IMG/VR virus record: IMGVR_UViG_3300010413_000025
Location: 3,192-67,191 of that record
Reading direction: 5' to 3' (one strand)
DNA: 64,000 nt
Source: a virus
Both the position numbers and the translations under genes were made by a program. Shown in pieces: positions 37,662 through 45,479 of this stretch. The notes under the pieces are model-generated. The model was not told the DNA's origin and did no database searches. It saw only the letters and a program-made list of their open reading frames with translations. Each line of letters starts with the position of its first letter. Within the stretch, counting starts at the first letter, position 1.

Positions 37662-37842
37662 GTTATAAAATCCCCGGAAAATATAACCTTTAAGGTATAA
37701 GCCCGGGTTCCATCCCGGGCCGATTTTAGTTAGGTTTCTGATCGGTTAGCTATTCATTCAAAGCCCCCCTGCGTGTAGTTCAACGGTTATTAAGGCAGCC
37801 ACCCGTTCGGACAGTAGGCGCCTTCCGTGGCGCCCCTGTCAA

Positions 37843-38592
37843 TTACGCGGCCAGTTCCACCACGCTGTCGGTCAGCAGGTGAAGCTTTTCCGTCTTGCGG
37901 ACGATGTCCACCACGTTCGTGCCCTTCAGGGCTTCGGTCGCGGCGTTGAACATGCGCCACGCCGACCGGCCTGTGCGGGTGAACGAATCGTGGTCGGGCG
38001 CGTCCCACTGCTGGACCAGCTTCGGGAACCGGTGGGCGTTCATGATGCCCTGACGCAGCATTTCGACCATGATGTGTTCGGCTTCGAACGTGGCCAGCTG
38101 GCGCGACTTATAGGCTTCGAACCGGGTGTTCTGGAATTCCGCCTTGTTCACCATCTGACCGATTGAACCAGCGACGATTTCGGGCAGGTCCAGAAGGATG
38201 TTGCCGGATTCGCCCGCCGTATGCTTGCGCACGGCCTTGACTTCGCCGCTGAACGACAGGTTGTCGCATACGAACACGCTTGCGCCGATTGCGATGCCAG
38301 CCCCGAACCGCTTCGAATGACTGTTACGCATTCCGACCATCAGGGCGTAGTCCTGCGTCGTCAGGTTTTTGCCTTCGACTTCGAACATGCCGAAATAGTC
38401 ACGGCCGCCGTTGTTCAGGCCGTGGACCTGATCGGCGATGGTGAAACCGCGTTCAGCCAGCTTGCTTTCGACCAGATCAACGAAATAGTCGTGGCCTATC
38501 GGCTGGTAGGTCTTCGTCGACGCGGGCAGCGTCGGGTTCGACAGTTCCGAACGATTCACCTTTTTCGAACCACAGTGCAGAATAATAGACAT
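37843..38592 (-). CDS. DUF932-family protein
   Basis: TYQPIGH, MRNSHSK, VFVCDNL, RKHT, SAWRMFNAATEALK. Confidence 0.8.
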   Translation of the reverse strand: MSIILHCGSKKVNRSELSNPTLPASTKTYQPIGHDYFVDLVESKLAERGFTIADQVHGLNNGGRDYFGMFEVEGKNLTTQDYALMVGMRNSHSKRFGAGIAIGASVFVCDNLSFSGEVKAVRKHTAGESGNILLDLPEIVAGSIGQMVNKAEFQNTRFEAYKSRQLATFEAEHIMVEMLRQGIMNAHRFPKLVQQWDAPDHDSFTRTGRSAWRMFNAATEALKGTNVVDIVRKTEKLHLLTDSVVELAA

Positions 38593-38623
38593 GTTGTTTC
38601 CCCTTTCTCAGTTGACGATTTGA

Positions 38624-38653
38624 AGTTTACAGCGGCATTCACGCTGCTGTCAA
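38624..38653 (-). promoter_or_regulatory. sigma70-like promoter
   Basis: TTGACA-N18-TAAACT with upstream A/T tract. Confidence 0.6.
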
Positions 38654-38686
38654 TAAATTTTTCGGCAGTACCACCGTTTCCTTTAG

Positions 38687-38908
38687 CTAAATCAGGAAAA
38701 AATGTTTGTCGTTGCGAATCTTCACCCAGCGCGATGCGCGGTCCCGACTGTCACCTTCCAGCAGTGAATCCGGCGCCACCAGTGCGTGCTGTCCCTTCGC
38801 GAATGCCACGTTGTCGACCCGCAGAATGGTCCAAATATCGCCCCATTCCTTGATGATCTGGCGGCCCTTCGCCGTTTTTGCTTCCAGTCGTACAGTGTTC
38901 GGTTTCAC
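38687..38908 (-). CDS. Hypothetical early protein
   Basis: GTG start overlapping the upstream stop. Confidence 0.45.
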   Translation of the reverse strand: MKPNTVRLEAKTAKGRQIIKEWGDIWTILRVDNVAFAKGQHALVAPDSLLEGDSRDRASRWVKIRNDKHFFLI

Positions 38909-39117
38909 GCGTTTTCCCCTTTCAAAAGTTTTTCGGCGACCGCGCGGCTGATATTGCGCGCGCCGATGCTGAAGTATGCCCGGGTCTTGTCCACGCCGTT
39001 TTTCGACCGCGTGATAAGCTGGCACTCCACGTTTCCGCAGGCTGAATGCTGGCGGTACCCATCGCAATGGATTCCCGGCTGTTTGCGTGCGGCTTCGATC
39101 ATTTCGGTAGTATTCAT
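38905..39117 (-). CDS. Hypothetical early protein
   Basis: Repeated SD leader. Confidence 0.55.
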   Translation of the reverse strand: MNTTEMIEAARKQPGIHCDGYRQHSACGNVECQLITRSKNGVDKTRAYFSIGARNISRAVAEKLLKGENA

Positions 39118-39131
39118 TTCGTTTCCCCTTT

Positions 39132-39145
39132 GGCCGTCCGTGGCC
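39132..39145 (-). repeat. CsrA/RsmA-type hairpin abutting the SD
   Basis: GGCCACGGACGGCC-AAAGGGGAAACGAAATG. Confidence 0.7.
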
Positions 39146-39152
39146 GGTCAGT

Positions 39153-39374
39153 TTAGATTTCGGTCCAGCTGTCTTTTTCCAGTTTGACGCCGTCGTTCAG
39201 CATTTCCTGAAGGACCATGGCGTTTTCGGCGGCGTTGCCCGGGCAGCCCCACAGGGCCTTCGCTGCCCACTGGCGCCCCTTGCGGTTCTGGACGACAGTC
39301 GCGAACATGTCGGCGTCGGCATCTTCGAAAATTTCCTGCGCGGGCCGGACGATCACTTTGAATTTCAGTTCCAT
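39153..39374 (-). CDS. Hypothetical early protein
   Basis: Repeated SD leader. Confidence 0.55.
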   Translation of the reverse strand: MELKFKVIVRPAQEIFEDADADMFATVVQNRKGRQWAAKALWGCPGNAAENAMVLQEMLNDGVKLEKDSWTEI

Positions 39375-39398
39375 TTCATTTCCCCTTTCTGGTCGGTG

Positions 39399-39455
39399 TT
39401 ACTTAATTTAGCGACCACCTTACAGGAAACTTTAGCCTGCCGCAACAAATTTTTT
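39399..39455 (-). promoter_or_regulatory. Repeated early promoter (sigma28 + sigma70 composite)
   Basis: TAAAGTTT-N11-GTCGCTAA overlapping TTGCGG-N17-TAAGGT. Confidence 0.75.
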
Positions 39456-39778
39456 CACTTTTCCCATACGTCGGTGGTCCCTTCGACCCAGCGGTGGCCG
39501 TAGCTGTCCACGAATGATACCCGGGCGGTCACGGTCCAGCGCACCGCGTATTCGTCGCGGCTGTATCCCGGTTCTGTGGTGCGAACCATCAGCCCGGCGT
39601 TCATCAGGTCGCCGAATGCCATGCTGCGCGCCCCAGCGACCCACAGGGCGGTCGTCACCGGCTGTTCCAGTGTCAGCGCAAGGATCACGCCCTTTCGCAG
39701 CAGACGCGCGGCCCTGCGCAGGCTGCGGGGGTGTTCCGGGCCGAAGTCGACCCATTCACCGTTCAGGAATGCAATCAT
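39455..39778 (-). CDS. Hypothetical early protein
   Basis: ATGA overlap. Confidence 0.5.
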   Translation of the reverse strand: MIAFLNGEWVDFGPEHPRSLRRAARLLRKGVILALTLEQPVTTALWVAGARSMAFGDLMNAGLMVRTTEPGYSRDEYAVRWTVTARVSFVDSYGHRWVEGTTDVWEK

Positions 39779-40023
39779 TTTTTGTCCCCTTCGAAAAACC
39801 ACAGGGCGTATACAGCGCCCTTTGTGTACGTCACGGTGCCCGTGTCGCCCACTTCCACGTCGTGCACCCCATTGAATGAACCGTTCACAAAAATGTGACC
39901 TTCACCCGCGTCGTCCACCGCCCGGGCGTACCCGGCGTAGTGCCGGGGATAGCCCCATTCGTCCTTCCGGGTCTGGTTCGGGACGACTTCGACGATTTCC
40001 GCCTTGCGCGTGGTGCCGATCAC
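39775..40023 (-). CDS. Hypothetical early protein (OB-like)
   Basis: ORF track. Confidence 0.5.
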   Translation of the reverse strand: MIGTTRKAEIVEVVPNQTRKDEWGYPRHYAGYARAVDDAGEGHIFVNGSFNGVHDVEVGDTGTVTYTKGAVYALWFFEGDKK

Positions 40024-40307
40024 GACAGCACCTGCACAGGGTAAAGTTCGCGGATTTTGTTCGCCATGGCGAATACGTGCTGGTCGTCGCTATCGCGAAC
40101 GTGCGACCAGTCCCACAGCAGGTCGGTCGACAGCCGGGCGCCTTTCAGGTCGCCGAACCCGTTCCCTTCCAGCCGGACTTTCGCCTGCTGCAAATCGTTC
40201 AGCAGCGTGCGGTGCTTCCCCTGATAGTGCAGGAAATCCACCACCAGCTGCCACGCTTCGTCGCGCTTGGTCATGAAGTCTTCCAGTTCTTTCAGTGTGT
40301 CGGTCAT
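40020..40307 (-). CDS. Hypothetical early protein
   Basis: AAGGGGA SD. Confidence 0.55.
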   Translation of the reverse strand: MTDTLKELEDFMTKRDEAWQLVVDFLHYQGKHRTLLNDLQQAKVRLEGNGFGDLKGARLSTDLLWDWSHVRDSDDQHVFAMANKIRELYPVQVLS

Positions 40308-40318
40308 GATCGTTCCCC

Positions 40319-40522
40319 TTAGTACAGGCCCGCCAGACGGCGGCGTTGCAGTTCGGCGTATGCGTAGTGCATTTCGTCGATGTAGTACCCGGCGTTTTCG
40401 CCTTCCGGGTTCGCTTCCGACGCTTCGCGCGCGTCCTGAATGATGAACCGCAGCTGGTCGATGCTTTTCCGCTTCAGGCCGCGCTGGTAGGCTGCGTGGT
40501 CCATTTTTTTCGCTGTTGCCAT
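40319..40522 (-). CDS. Hypothetical early protein
   Basis: MATAKKMD start after the repeated leader. Confidence 0.55.
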   Translation of the reverse strand: MATAKKMDHAAYQRGLKRKSIDQLRFIIQDAREASEANPEGENAGYYIDEMHYAYAELQRRRLAGLY

Positions 40523-40553
40523 GTCGTTTCCCCTTTCTGAATTTCGGCTGGTG

Positions 40554-40610
40554 TTACTTAACTTAGCGACCACCTTACAGGAACCTTTAGCCCGTTGCAA
40601 CAAATTTTTT
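40554..40610 (-). promoter_or_regulatory. Repeated early promoter (sigma28 + sigma70 composite)
   Basis: TAAAGGTT-N11-GTCGCTAA overlapping TTGCAA-N17-TAAGGT. Confidence 0.75.
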
Positions 40611-41179
40611 CAGTTTTCCCACAAATAAACCGCCGACAGCGCCCGCAGGAACAAATCCCGGTGTCCTTCGGTCAGGACTTCCAGCAGCTGCGCCTTTTCG
40701 CGCATGTACACCACCGCAAAATTCGGGTCGTACAGCGTTATCGACCGCGTGTTGTCCAGCAGGTCCGCCAGCTTGACCGTCTTCGCCATGGCCGACGCCT
40801 GCGCCGTGTGCGCCCGATCCAGTGCCTTGCGGGCTGCCCGGTTGCCGTCTTCCGGCGTACTAATATCGGTCAGCTGCTGAACCAGCCGGACCATGCTTGA
40901 CCCCAGCCCATGCTGTAACAGGTCAGTAGCGGTCACGTCGGTGTCTTCCAGCACGTCATGCAGGTAGGCCGCGCCTATCATATCCACGTCAGGGAAAACG
41001 CCCCCGACAAGCCGTGCGACAGCCACGGGGTGCGTCACGTAGGGTTCGCCGGTGTACTTGCGCACCTGCCCGGCGTGGGCTTCCACGGCGACCCGCAGGG
41101 CGGTGTCCAGCAGGTCCACCGAACGCGGGGCCACAGTGCAGTGCCATCCGTGGCCGTTCTTCAGTATATCGTCAGTCAT
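40610..41179 (-). CDS. HD-domain (p)ppGpp hydrolase-like protein (RelA/SpoT HD, small alarmone hydrolase)
   Basis: AHAGQVRKYTGEPYVTHP, AAYLHDVLEDT, LTD, VKLADLLDN. Confidence 0.85.
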   Translation of the reverse strand: MTDDILKNGHGWHCTVAPRSVDLLDTALRVAVEAHAGQVRKYTGEPYVTHPVAVARLVGGVFPDVDMIGAAYLHDVLEDTDVTATDLLQHGLGSSMVRLVQQLTDISTPEDGNRAARKALDRAHTAQASAMAKTVKLADLLDNTRSITLYDPNFAVVYMREKAQLLEVLTEGHRDLFLRALSAVYLWEN

Positions 41180-41190
41180 CAGTGTTCCCC

Positions 41191-41478
41191 TTAAATCAGT
41201 GCGTCCAGCGGGCCGCGCTTCATGTCGGCCACCACATTGTGATGGTAGCCGCTGCGGTCCTGATAAAAGCCCCGGCAGTCGTAGCCGTTGTTTCGGCGGC
41301 GGTCTTCCTGCGTGTGGTAGGTCTTCCCACCACAGCGAAAGCAAACCCCGCCCGGGCCTTTCGGCTTGCCGTTTTCCACGTACGTGATGAACTGGCCGGT
41401 GCCCGCACAGCGGCGGCAGTGGTGGTTCCCGGTCACGGTGTAGTCGTTGTCGATCACGCCTATGTTCTGAATTTTCAT
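41191..41478 (-). CDS. Zinc-finger protein
   Basis: CRRCAGTG...CFRCGG (DnaJ-like CxxCxGxG). Confidence 0.6.
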   Translation of the reverse strand: MKIQNIGVIDNDYTVTGNHHCRRCAGTGQFITYVENGKPKGPGGVCFRCGGKTYHTQEDRRRNNGYDCRGFYQDRSGYHHNVVADMKRGPLDALI

Positions 41479-41632
41479 TTCGGTTCCCCTTAGTACAGCG
41501 GTTTCATCGGACGGTTGCGGGCAGCCTTGAATTCGATCCAGAAAATCCCGGCTACTGCGGCGGTTCCGGCTACTACTGCAATCAGTGTCATGAATGTGGT
41601 CATTTCGTTTTCCTTTCTGATTTCGTGTGGTC

Positions 41633-41689
41633 TTACTTAACTTAACGACCACCTTACAGGAAACTTTAGCCCATTACAACAAATTTTTT
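41633..41689 (-). promoter_or_regulatory. Repeated early promoter (sigma28 + sigma70 composite)
   Basis: TAAAGTTT-N11-GTCGTTAA overlapping TTGTAA-N17-TAAGGT. Confidence 0.75.
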
Positions 41690-42104
41690 ACGCTTTGCGG
41701 CTGATCTTGTACATGCAGACGATTCGCTTCCGGCGGTTCTTTGACCAGTCTAGCACTTCGCTTCCGGCCACGGCGCCCAAGTGCCGCGAATAGCTGACAA
41801 TATAGCGGTCTGGGAATGCGCCCGGCTTTTCGGTCAGCAGGCGGTTCAGGGTCAGGCCGGTGCGGGCCGGGATTTGCGTCGCGTCGATTCGTTCCCATGT
41901 GTAGCCCAAAGATTCCAGCGCGTCCAGCGTTTGCCAGATAAAGGTCCCGTCCCGGGGCTTGCGGCCCTGACATTCCAGCGCGTAGTGGGCCATTTCGTAG
42001 CCTTCGCCAGTCGCTATCGCCAGCGCCTTTACTGCGCAGTCGTTGCGCTCGAAAAATTCGTTCGATGTTTCCATGACCTTTTCGTAAAGTTCGTAGGGTG
42101 TCAT
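41688..42104 (-). CDS. Papain-fold (C39-like) hypothetical protein
   Basis: NDCAVKALAIATG.GY...HLGAV...LDW. Confidence 0.55.
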   Translation of the reverse strand: MTPYELYEKVMETSNEFFERNDCAVKALAIATGEGYEMAHYALECQGRKPRDGTFIWQTLDALESLGYTWERIDATQIPARTGLTLNRLLTEKPGAFPDRYIVSYSRHLGAVAGSEVLDWSKNRRKRIVCMYKISRKA

Positions 42105-42127
42105 CTTTCTGTACCTTTCTGGTTTGG

Positions 42128-42141
42128 GGCCGTCCATGGCC
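42128..42141 (-). repeat. CsrA/RsmA-type hairpin
   Basis: GGGCC-ATGGAC-GGCCC. Confidence 0.7.
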
Positions 42142-42153
42142 CGGGGGTTCGTT

Positions 42154-42525
42154 TTAGGCTTCGTGGCGGTCGGCCATCCACTGTTTGTACCCGGCCTGCG
42201 TCTGCGGGTAACCGTCGGCCTTCAGCCACTTTTTGATGTGACTCAGGACGAAACCCTTCGACTGCACGATTTCCAGCGGGGTTTCACCAGCGGCCATGCG
42301 GCCCAGATATTCTTCGACGGTGAAGTTCTTGCAAAGGAAGGTGATCCACGGACCCTTGCTGCTGGTCGACGCGTACTTGAAGCGGGCAATAAAAGCGGGC
42401 TTCGCGATGCCTTCGCGGGTCGGGTGACAGGGCTGCGTGTAGTATTCAGTCATTTCGCCCTGTTCGCCGTTGTAGGTCAGGTAGCCGCCGTGGTAGCTGA
42501 AGTCGTCGCGGTTGAATTTGGTCAT
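42154..42525 (-). CDS. Conserved phage early protein
   Basis: F.YHGGYLTY...FIARFKY...FLCKNFTVEEY. Confidence 0.65.
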   Translation of the reverse strand: MTKFNRDDFSYHGGYLTYNGEQGEMTEYYTQPCHPTREGIAKPAFIARFKYASTSSKGPWITFLCKNFTVEEYLGRMAAGETPLEIVQSKGFVLSHIKKWLKADGYPQTQAGYKQWMADRHEA

Positions 42526-42561
42526 TTCGTTTCCCCTTTCTGATCTGGTTTGTGTTGCCGT

Positions 42562-42618
42562 TCACTTAACTTAACGGCAAGGTTACCGGAACCTTTAGGG
42601 CATTACAACAATTTTTTT
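42562..42618 (-). promoter_or_regulatory. Repeated early promoter (sigma28 + sigma70 composite)
   Basis: TAAAGGTT-N11-GCCGTTAA overlapping TTGTAA-N17-TAACCT. Confidence 0.78.
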
Positions 42619-42640
42619 CGTTTTTACCGAAAAAAGTTTG

Positions 42641-42654
42641 GGCCGTCCGTGGCC
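42641..42654 (-). repeat. CsrA/RsmA-type hairpin
   Basis: GGGCC-ACGGAC-GGCCC. Confidence 0.7.
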
Positions 42655-42663
42655 CGGTTCTTG

Positions 42664-42918
42664 CTACAGCCGGTCGATATTGTCCAGCAGCTTGCGGATC
42701 GCAGCCGTTCGGGCTTCGTCGCGCCGCAGCCAGACGCGTTCCGGCTTGTACCCGACGTGGTCGATGATCACGGCCCGGCCGTCGGAGTAGTATTTGTAGT
42801 CGCCGCGTGCGACACGTGTCACGCGCCCTTCCTTGATCTTCACGCCGCCGTCGCGGGTGTACACCATGACGTACACGGTCGTGCGGGGTTTCAGTTCGTC
42901 GAATTCTCTACCTTGCAT
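42664..42918 (-). CDS. Hypothetical early protein
   Basis: AAGGTGA SD. Confidence 0.55.
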   Translation of the reverse strand: MQGREFDELKPRTTVYVMVYTRDGGVKIKEGRVTRVARGDYKYYSDGRAVIIDHVGYKPERVWLRRDEARTAAIRKLLDNIDRL

Positions 42919-42939
42919 AGTATCACCTTTCTAGGTTGT

Positions 42940-42953
42940 GGCCGTCCATGGCC
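42940..42953 (-). repeat. CsrA/RsmA-type hairpin
   Basis: GGCC-ATGGAC-GGCC. Confidence 0.7.
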
Positions 42954-42960
42954 GTCAGGG

Positions 42961-43323
42961 TTAGTTTACGGGGTAGGTCCAGTCCAGCCCGTAGTCGTAA
43001 CGAAAATGGTCGTCGTCACGTGCGTGATATTCGTCGGCACTGCGCAGCCAGCGAATCGCGGTTTCCCGGGTGCGGGCGCCCATGGCCACCACGTCGGCCA
43101 CCAGCTTTTCGAACTTGGCGGCGTTGCGGGCGAACATTTCGCGTTCGTGCTGTTCCTGCCCGGCGCAGTCGTCGGAAACCTGCTGCGCCAGCACGCGCAG
43201 TTCGTCCATCGACATGGCGTCGAAGTTCACCCAGCGCGGGCGGATGCCGTGGGCCGACTTGTATTCGTCCCAGATATAGATTTCCAGAAATTCGCGGTCG
43301 TTGCAGGTGCTGAAGTCGTTCAT
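42961..43323 (-). CDS. Conserved phage early protein
   Basis: IWDEYKSAHGIRPRW...GARTRETAIRWL. Confidence 0.65.
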   Translation of the reverse strand: MNDFSTCNDREFLEIYIWDEYKSAHGIRPRWVNFDAMSMDELRVLAQQVSDDCAGQEQHEREMFARNAAKFEKLVADVVAMGARTRETAIRWLRSADEYHARDDDHFRYDYGLDWTYPVN

Positions 43324-43347
43324 TTTGTGTCCCCTTTCTGTTGTCGT

Positions 43348-43404
43348 TCACTTAACTTAACGGCAACTCTACAGGAAACTTTAGCCCACTGCAACAATTT
43401 TTTT
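43348..43404 (-). promoter_or_regulatory. Repeated early promoter (sigma28 + sigma70 composite)
   Basis: TAAAGTTT-N11-GCCGTTAA overlapping TTGCAG-N17-TAGAGT; overlaps the end of the upstream gene. Confidence 0.8.
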
Positions 43405-43905
43405 CGGTAGTGACACCAGAACCGTGAATTCCCCGTGCCCGGCTTCGACCATTTCAACCGAATCCCAGCGGTCCATCAGCTTCGAAAACCACCATTCCGG
43501 CGGTTTCACCAAAATGTGCGTATTCCGGCCGTCCGGCAGGGTTTTATGCGCGTGTCGGGTCGCGATGTTCAGCAGGGCACATTCCCGGGCCAGCTGTTGC
43601 AGGTGGTCCAGCACGTCGTCGATGTATTCCGGTTCGATGTGTTCCAAAACATCGGTACATACGACGATGTCCGCAGGTTCCGGTGCAGTGCAGTGTTTCG
43701 GAATGGCCGGGTCGTACTGATTGATATGGAACGGCAGGGCAGCCGCCAGACGGCCTTTGCCGCAGCCGTAGTCCAGCACGTCGTCCGTGTCGTACTCTGC
43801 GCACAGGGTCGACACTGCGGTGACCCAGCGGGCGCCGCCGGTGCCGTATCCGGGTTTCGTGTTGTGCAGGATTTCGTTTTGCTTGCGATAGTCGTCGCTA
43901 ATCAT
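43381..43905 (-). CDS. Class I SAM-dependent methyltransferase
   Basis: VLDYGCGKG, YDPAI, DIVVCTDVLEHIEP, H..VKPPEWW. Confidence 0.85.
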   Translation of the reverse strand: MISDDYRKQNEILHNTKPGYGTGGARWVTAVSTLCAEYDTDDVLDYGCGKGRLAAALPFHINQYDPAIPKHCTAPEPADIVVCTDVLEHIEPEYIDDVLDHLQQLARECALLNIATRHAHKTLPDGRNTHILVKPPEWWFSKLMDRWDSVEMVEAGHGEFTVLVSLPKKIVAVG

Positions 43906-45479
43906 GCTACTTTTGCCTTTTCGCTGAATTTAGGGAACGGGTACCCGTTCAGGGATTGTTTGTTGCAAATTATCAGGCGCCGACGTGCCCGGGACGCGCC
44001 GACATAAAAAACCCGATGTTCTTCGTCGGCCGCGCGCAGGTTGTGGGCGTACATGCGGTGGGTCTGGCGGGACATGTCCGTTAATAGTAGCACGTTGTCG
44101 GCTTCGCCGCCTTTGACCTTGTGAATCGTTGACAGCGTGACGCGCGGGTTTTTCAGTGATTCACCGTGCCGCCTGACGCGCCGATAATAGTCGACTTTGT
44201 GCTGCGGGATTTTTTGCAGGATGTCCCACCAGTTCGCCGCCGGATCGGTCAGCAGGGAAAACTGGTCGCGCAGTTCATCGAACGAAAACTGGTCGGTATC
44301 TTCGACGTGTTCCATGCGCGCTTTGCCACCGTAGCCGATGTGTTTCTGCGTCCGCAGCAGGGCGAACAGCTGTTTCGCGCGTAGGCCGGAAATTTGCTTG
44401 CCCTGCGCCAGATTCGCCCACGCATGAATAGCGCCCATTTCGTCCGGCTTTATCACGTCGTAATTGCTGAACTTGATCGGAACGCCTTTGTTCATCAGCC
44501 AGCCTTTGATTGTGTTCAGGTGGTGTCCGTTACGCGCCAGCACCAGCCAGTCGCCGCCTTCCACAATGTCGACCGCGTACTTCACGTCGGCGATGCGGTA
44601 CACTTCGCCTTCGGTCCCATTGTGGGACCAGTCCTTTTCGTACCGTTCGCTGATCCGGTTCGACAGGTGATTTGCGACCATCCACGGCCTGCGCGGCAGC
44701 CGGTAGGACTTGTTCAGCACCTGTTTTTCGCCGTCAAGGTGCAGGAACTGCTGCACGTCGGCCCCGTTCCATTCGTAAATCGCTTGGTCGTCGTCACCTG
44801 CAATGTACAGTTCTTTCACGTCGCGAAACATCCAGTGAATGAAATCCCACTGGACGGCGGTCAGGTCCTGCGCTTCGTCGATTATCGCCACGTCCACGTC
44901 AATGGCCGGATATTCCAGATACACGGGTTCAATCATCAGGTCGGTGTAGTCGCGCAGGCCGTAGGTCTTTTTGTACTGATCCAGCGCCACGACCAGCCGC
45001 TTCAGTTCCTTGCCATACCGCCCGATGCTGTACTGCCATTCCAGCTGCGACATGCTGCGAACGTAATCGCGCAGCGTCATTTTCATGTTACGCGCGACGC
45101 TGATCACAGACAGCAGGTGATTCCCCAGATTGTTAGCGCGCGTTTCGGTCTTGCTGTCCGCGCGTTCGCCGGTCAGGCCCGGCAGCCCGATCAGCTGGCC
45201 TATTTCCTTGTATTGCGGCTTGTACATGTAGTCGTCTTGTTTCATGCCCATGACCATGGACGCCAGCGAATGCAGCGTTTTGAAGTATGGCATGTCTTCG
45301 CGTTCGAACTTGAACCGATCAATGGCCCGGTCCTGTGCTTCGTGCGCGGCTTTTCGCGTGAACGACACGTACGCGATGCGCTGCGGGGAAATCCCCGAAC
45401 GCATCTTTTCGTCGACGATGTTCAGCAGTGTCGTCGTTTTGCCGGTTCCCGGCGGTCCCAGAATGATTCGCTTGCGCAT
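43902..45479 (-). CDS. UvrD/Rep-like SF1A helicase
   Basis: GPPGTGKTT, SFTRKAA, IIDEAQD, AGDDDQAIY, STIHKVKGGEAD, YVGASRA. Confidence 0.92.
   Translation of the reverse strand: MRKRIILGPPGTGKTTTLLNIVDEKMRSGISPQRIAYVSFTRKAAHEAQDRAIDRFKFEREDMPYFKTLHSLASMVMGMKQDDYMYKPQYKEIGQLIGLPGLTGERADSKTETRANNLGNHLLSVISVARNMKMTLRDYVRSMSQLEWQYSIGRYGKELKRLVVALDQYKKTYGLRDYTDLMIEPVYLEYPAIDVDVAIIDEAQDLTAVQWDFIHWMFRDVKELYIAGDDDQAIYEWNGADVQQFLHLDGEKQVLNKSYRLPRRPWMVANHLSNRISERYEKDWSHNGTEGEVYRIADVKYAVDIVEGGDWLVLARNGHHLNTIKGWLMNKGVPIKFSNYDVIKPDEMGAIHAWANLAQGKQISGLRAKQLFALLRTQKHIGYGGKARMEHVEDTDQFSFDELRDQFSLLTDPAANWWDILQKIPQHKVDYYRRVRRHGESLKNPRVTLSTIHKVKGGEADNVLLLTDMSRQTHRMYAHNLRAADEEHRVFYVGASRARRRLIICNKQSLNGYPFPKFSEKAKVA

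Noticed and set aside
39399-43404. Regularly recurring ~55-nt repeats read as a CRISPR array
   Set aside because: Spacing is hundreds of bases with ORFs between, the repeats are degenerate and promoter-like, and there are no cas genes
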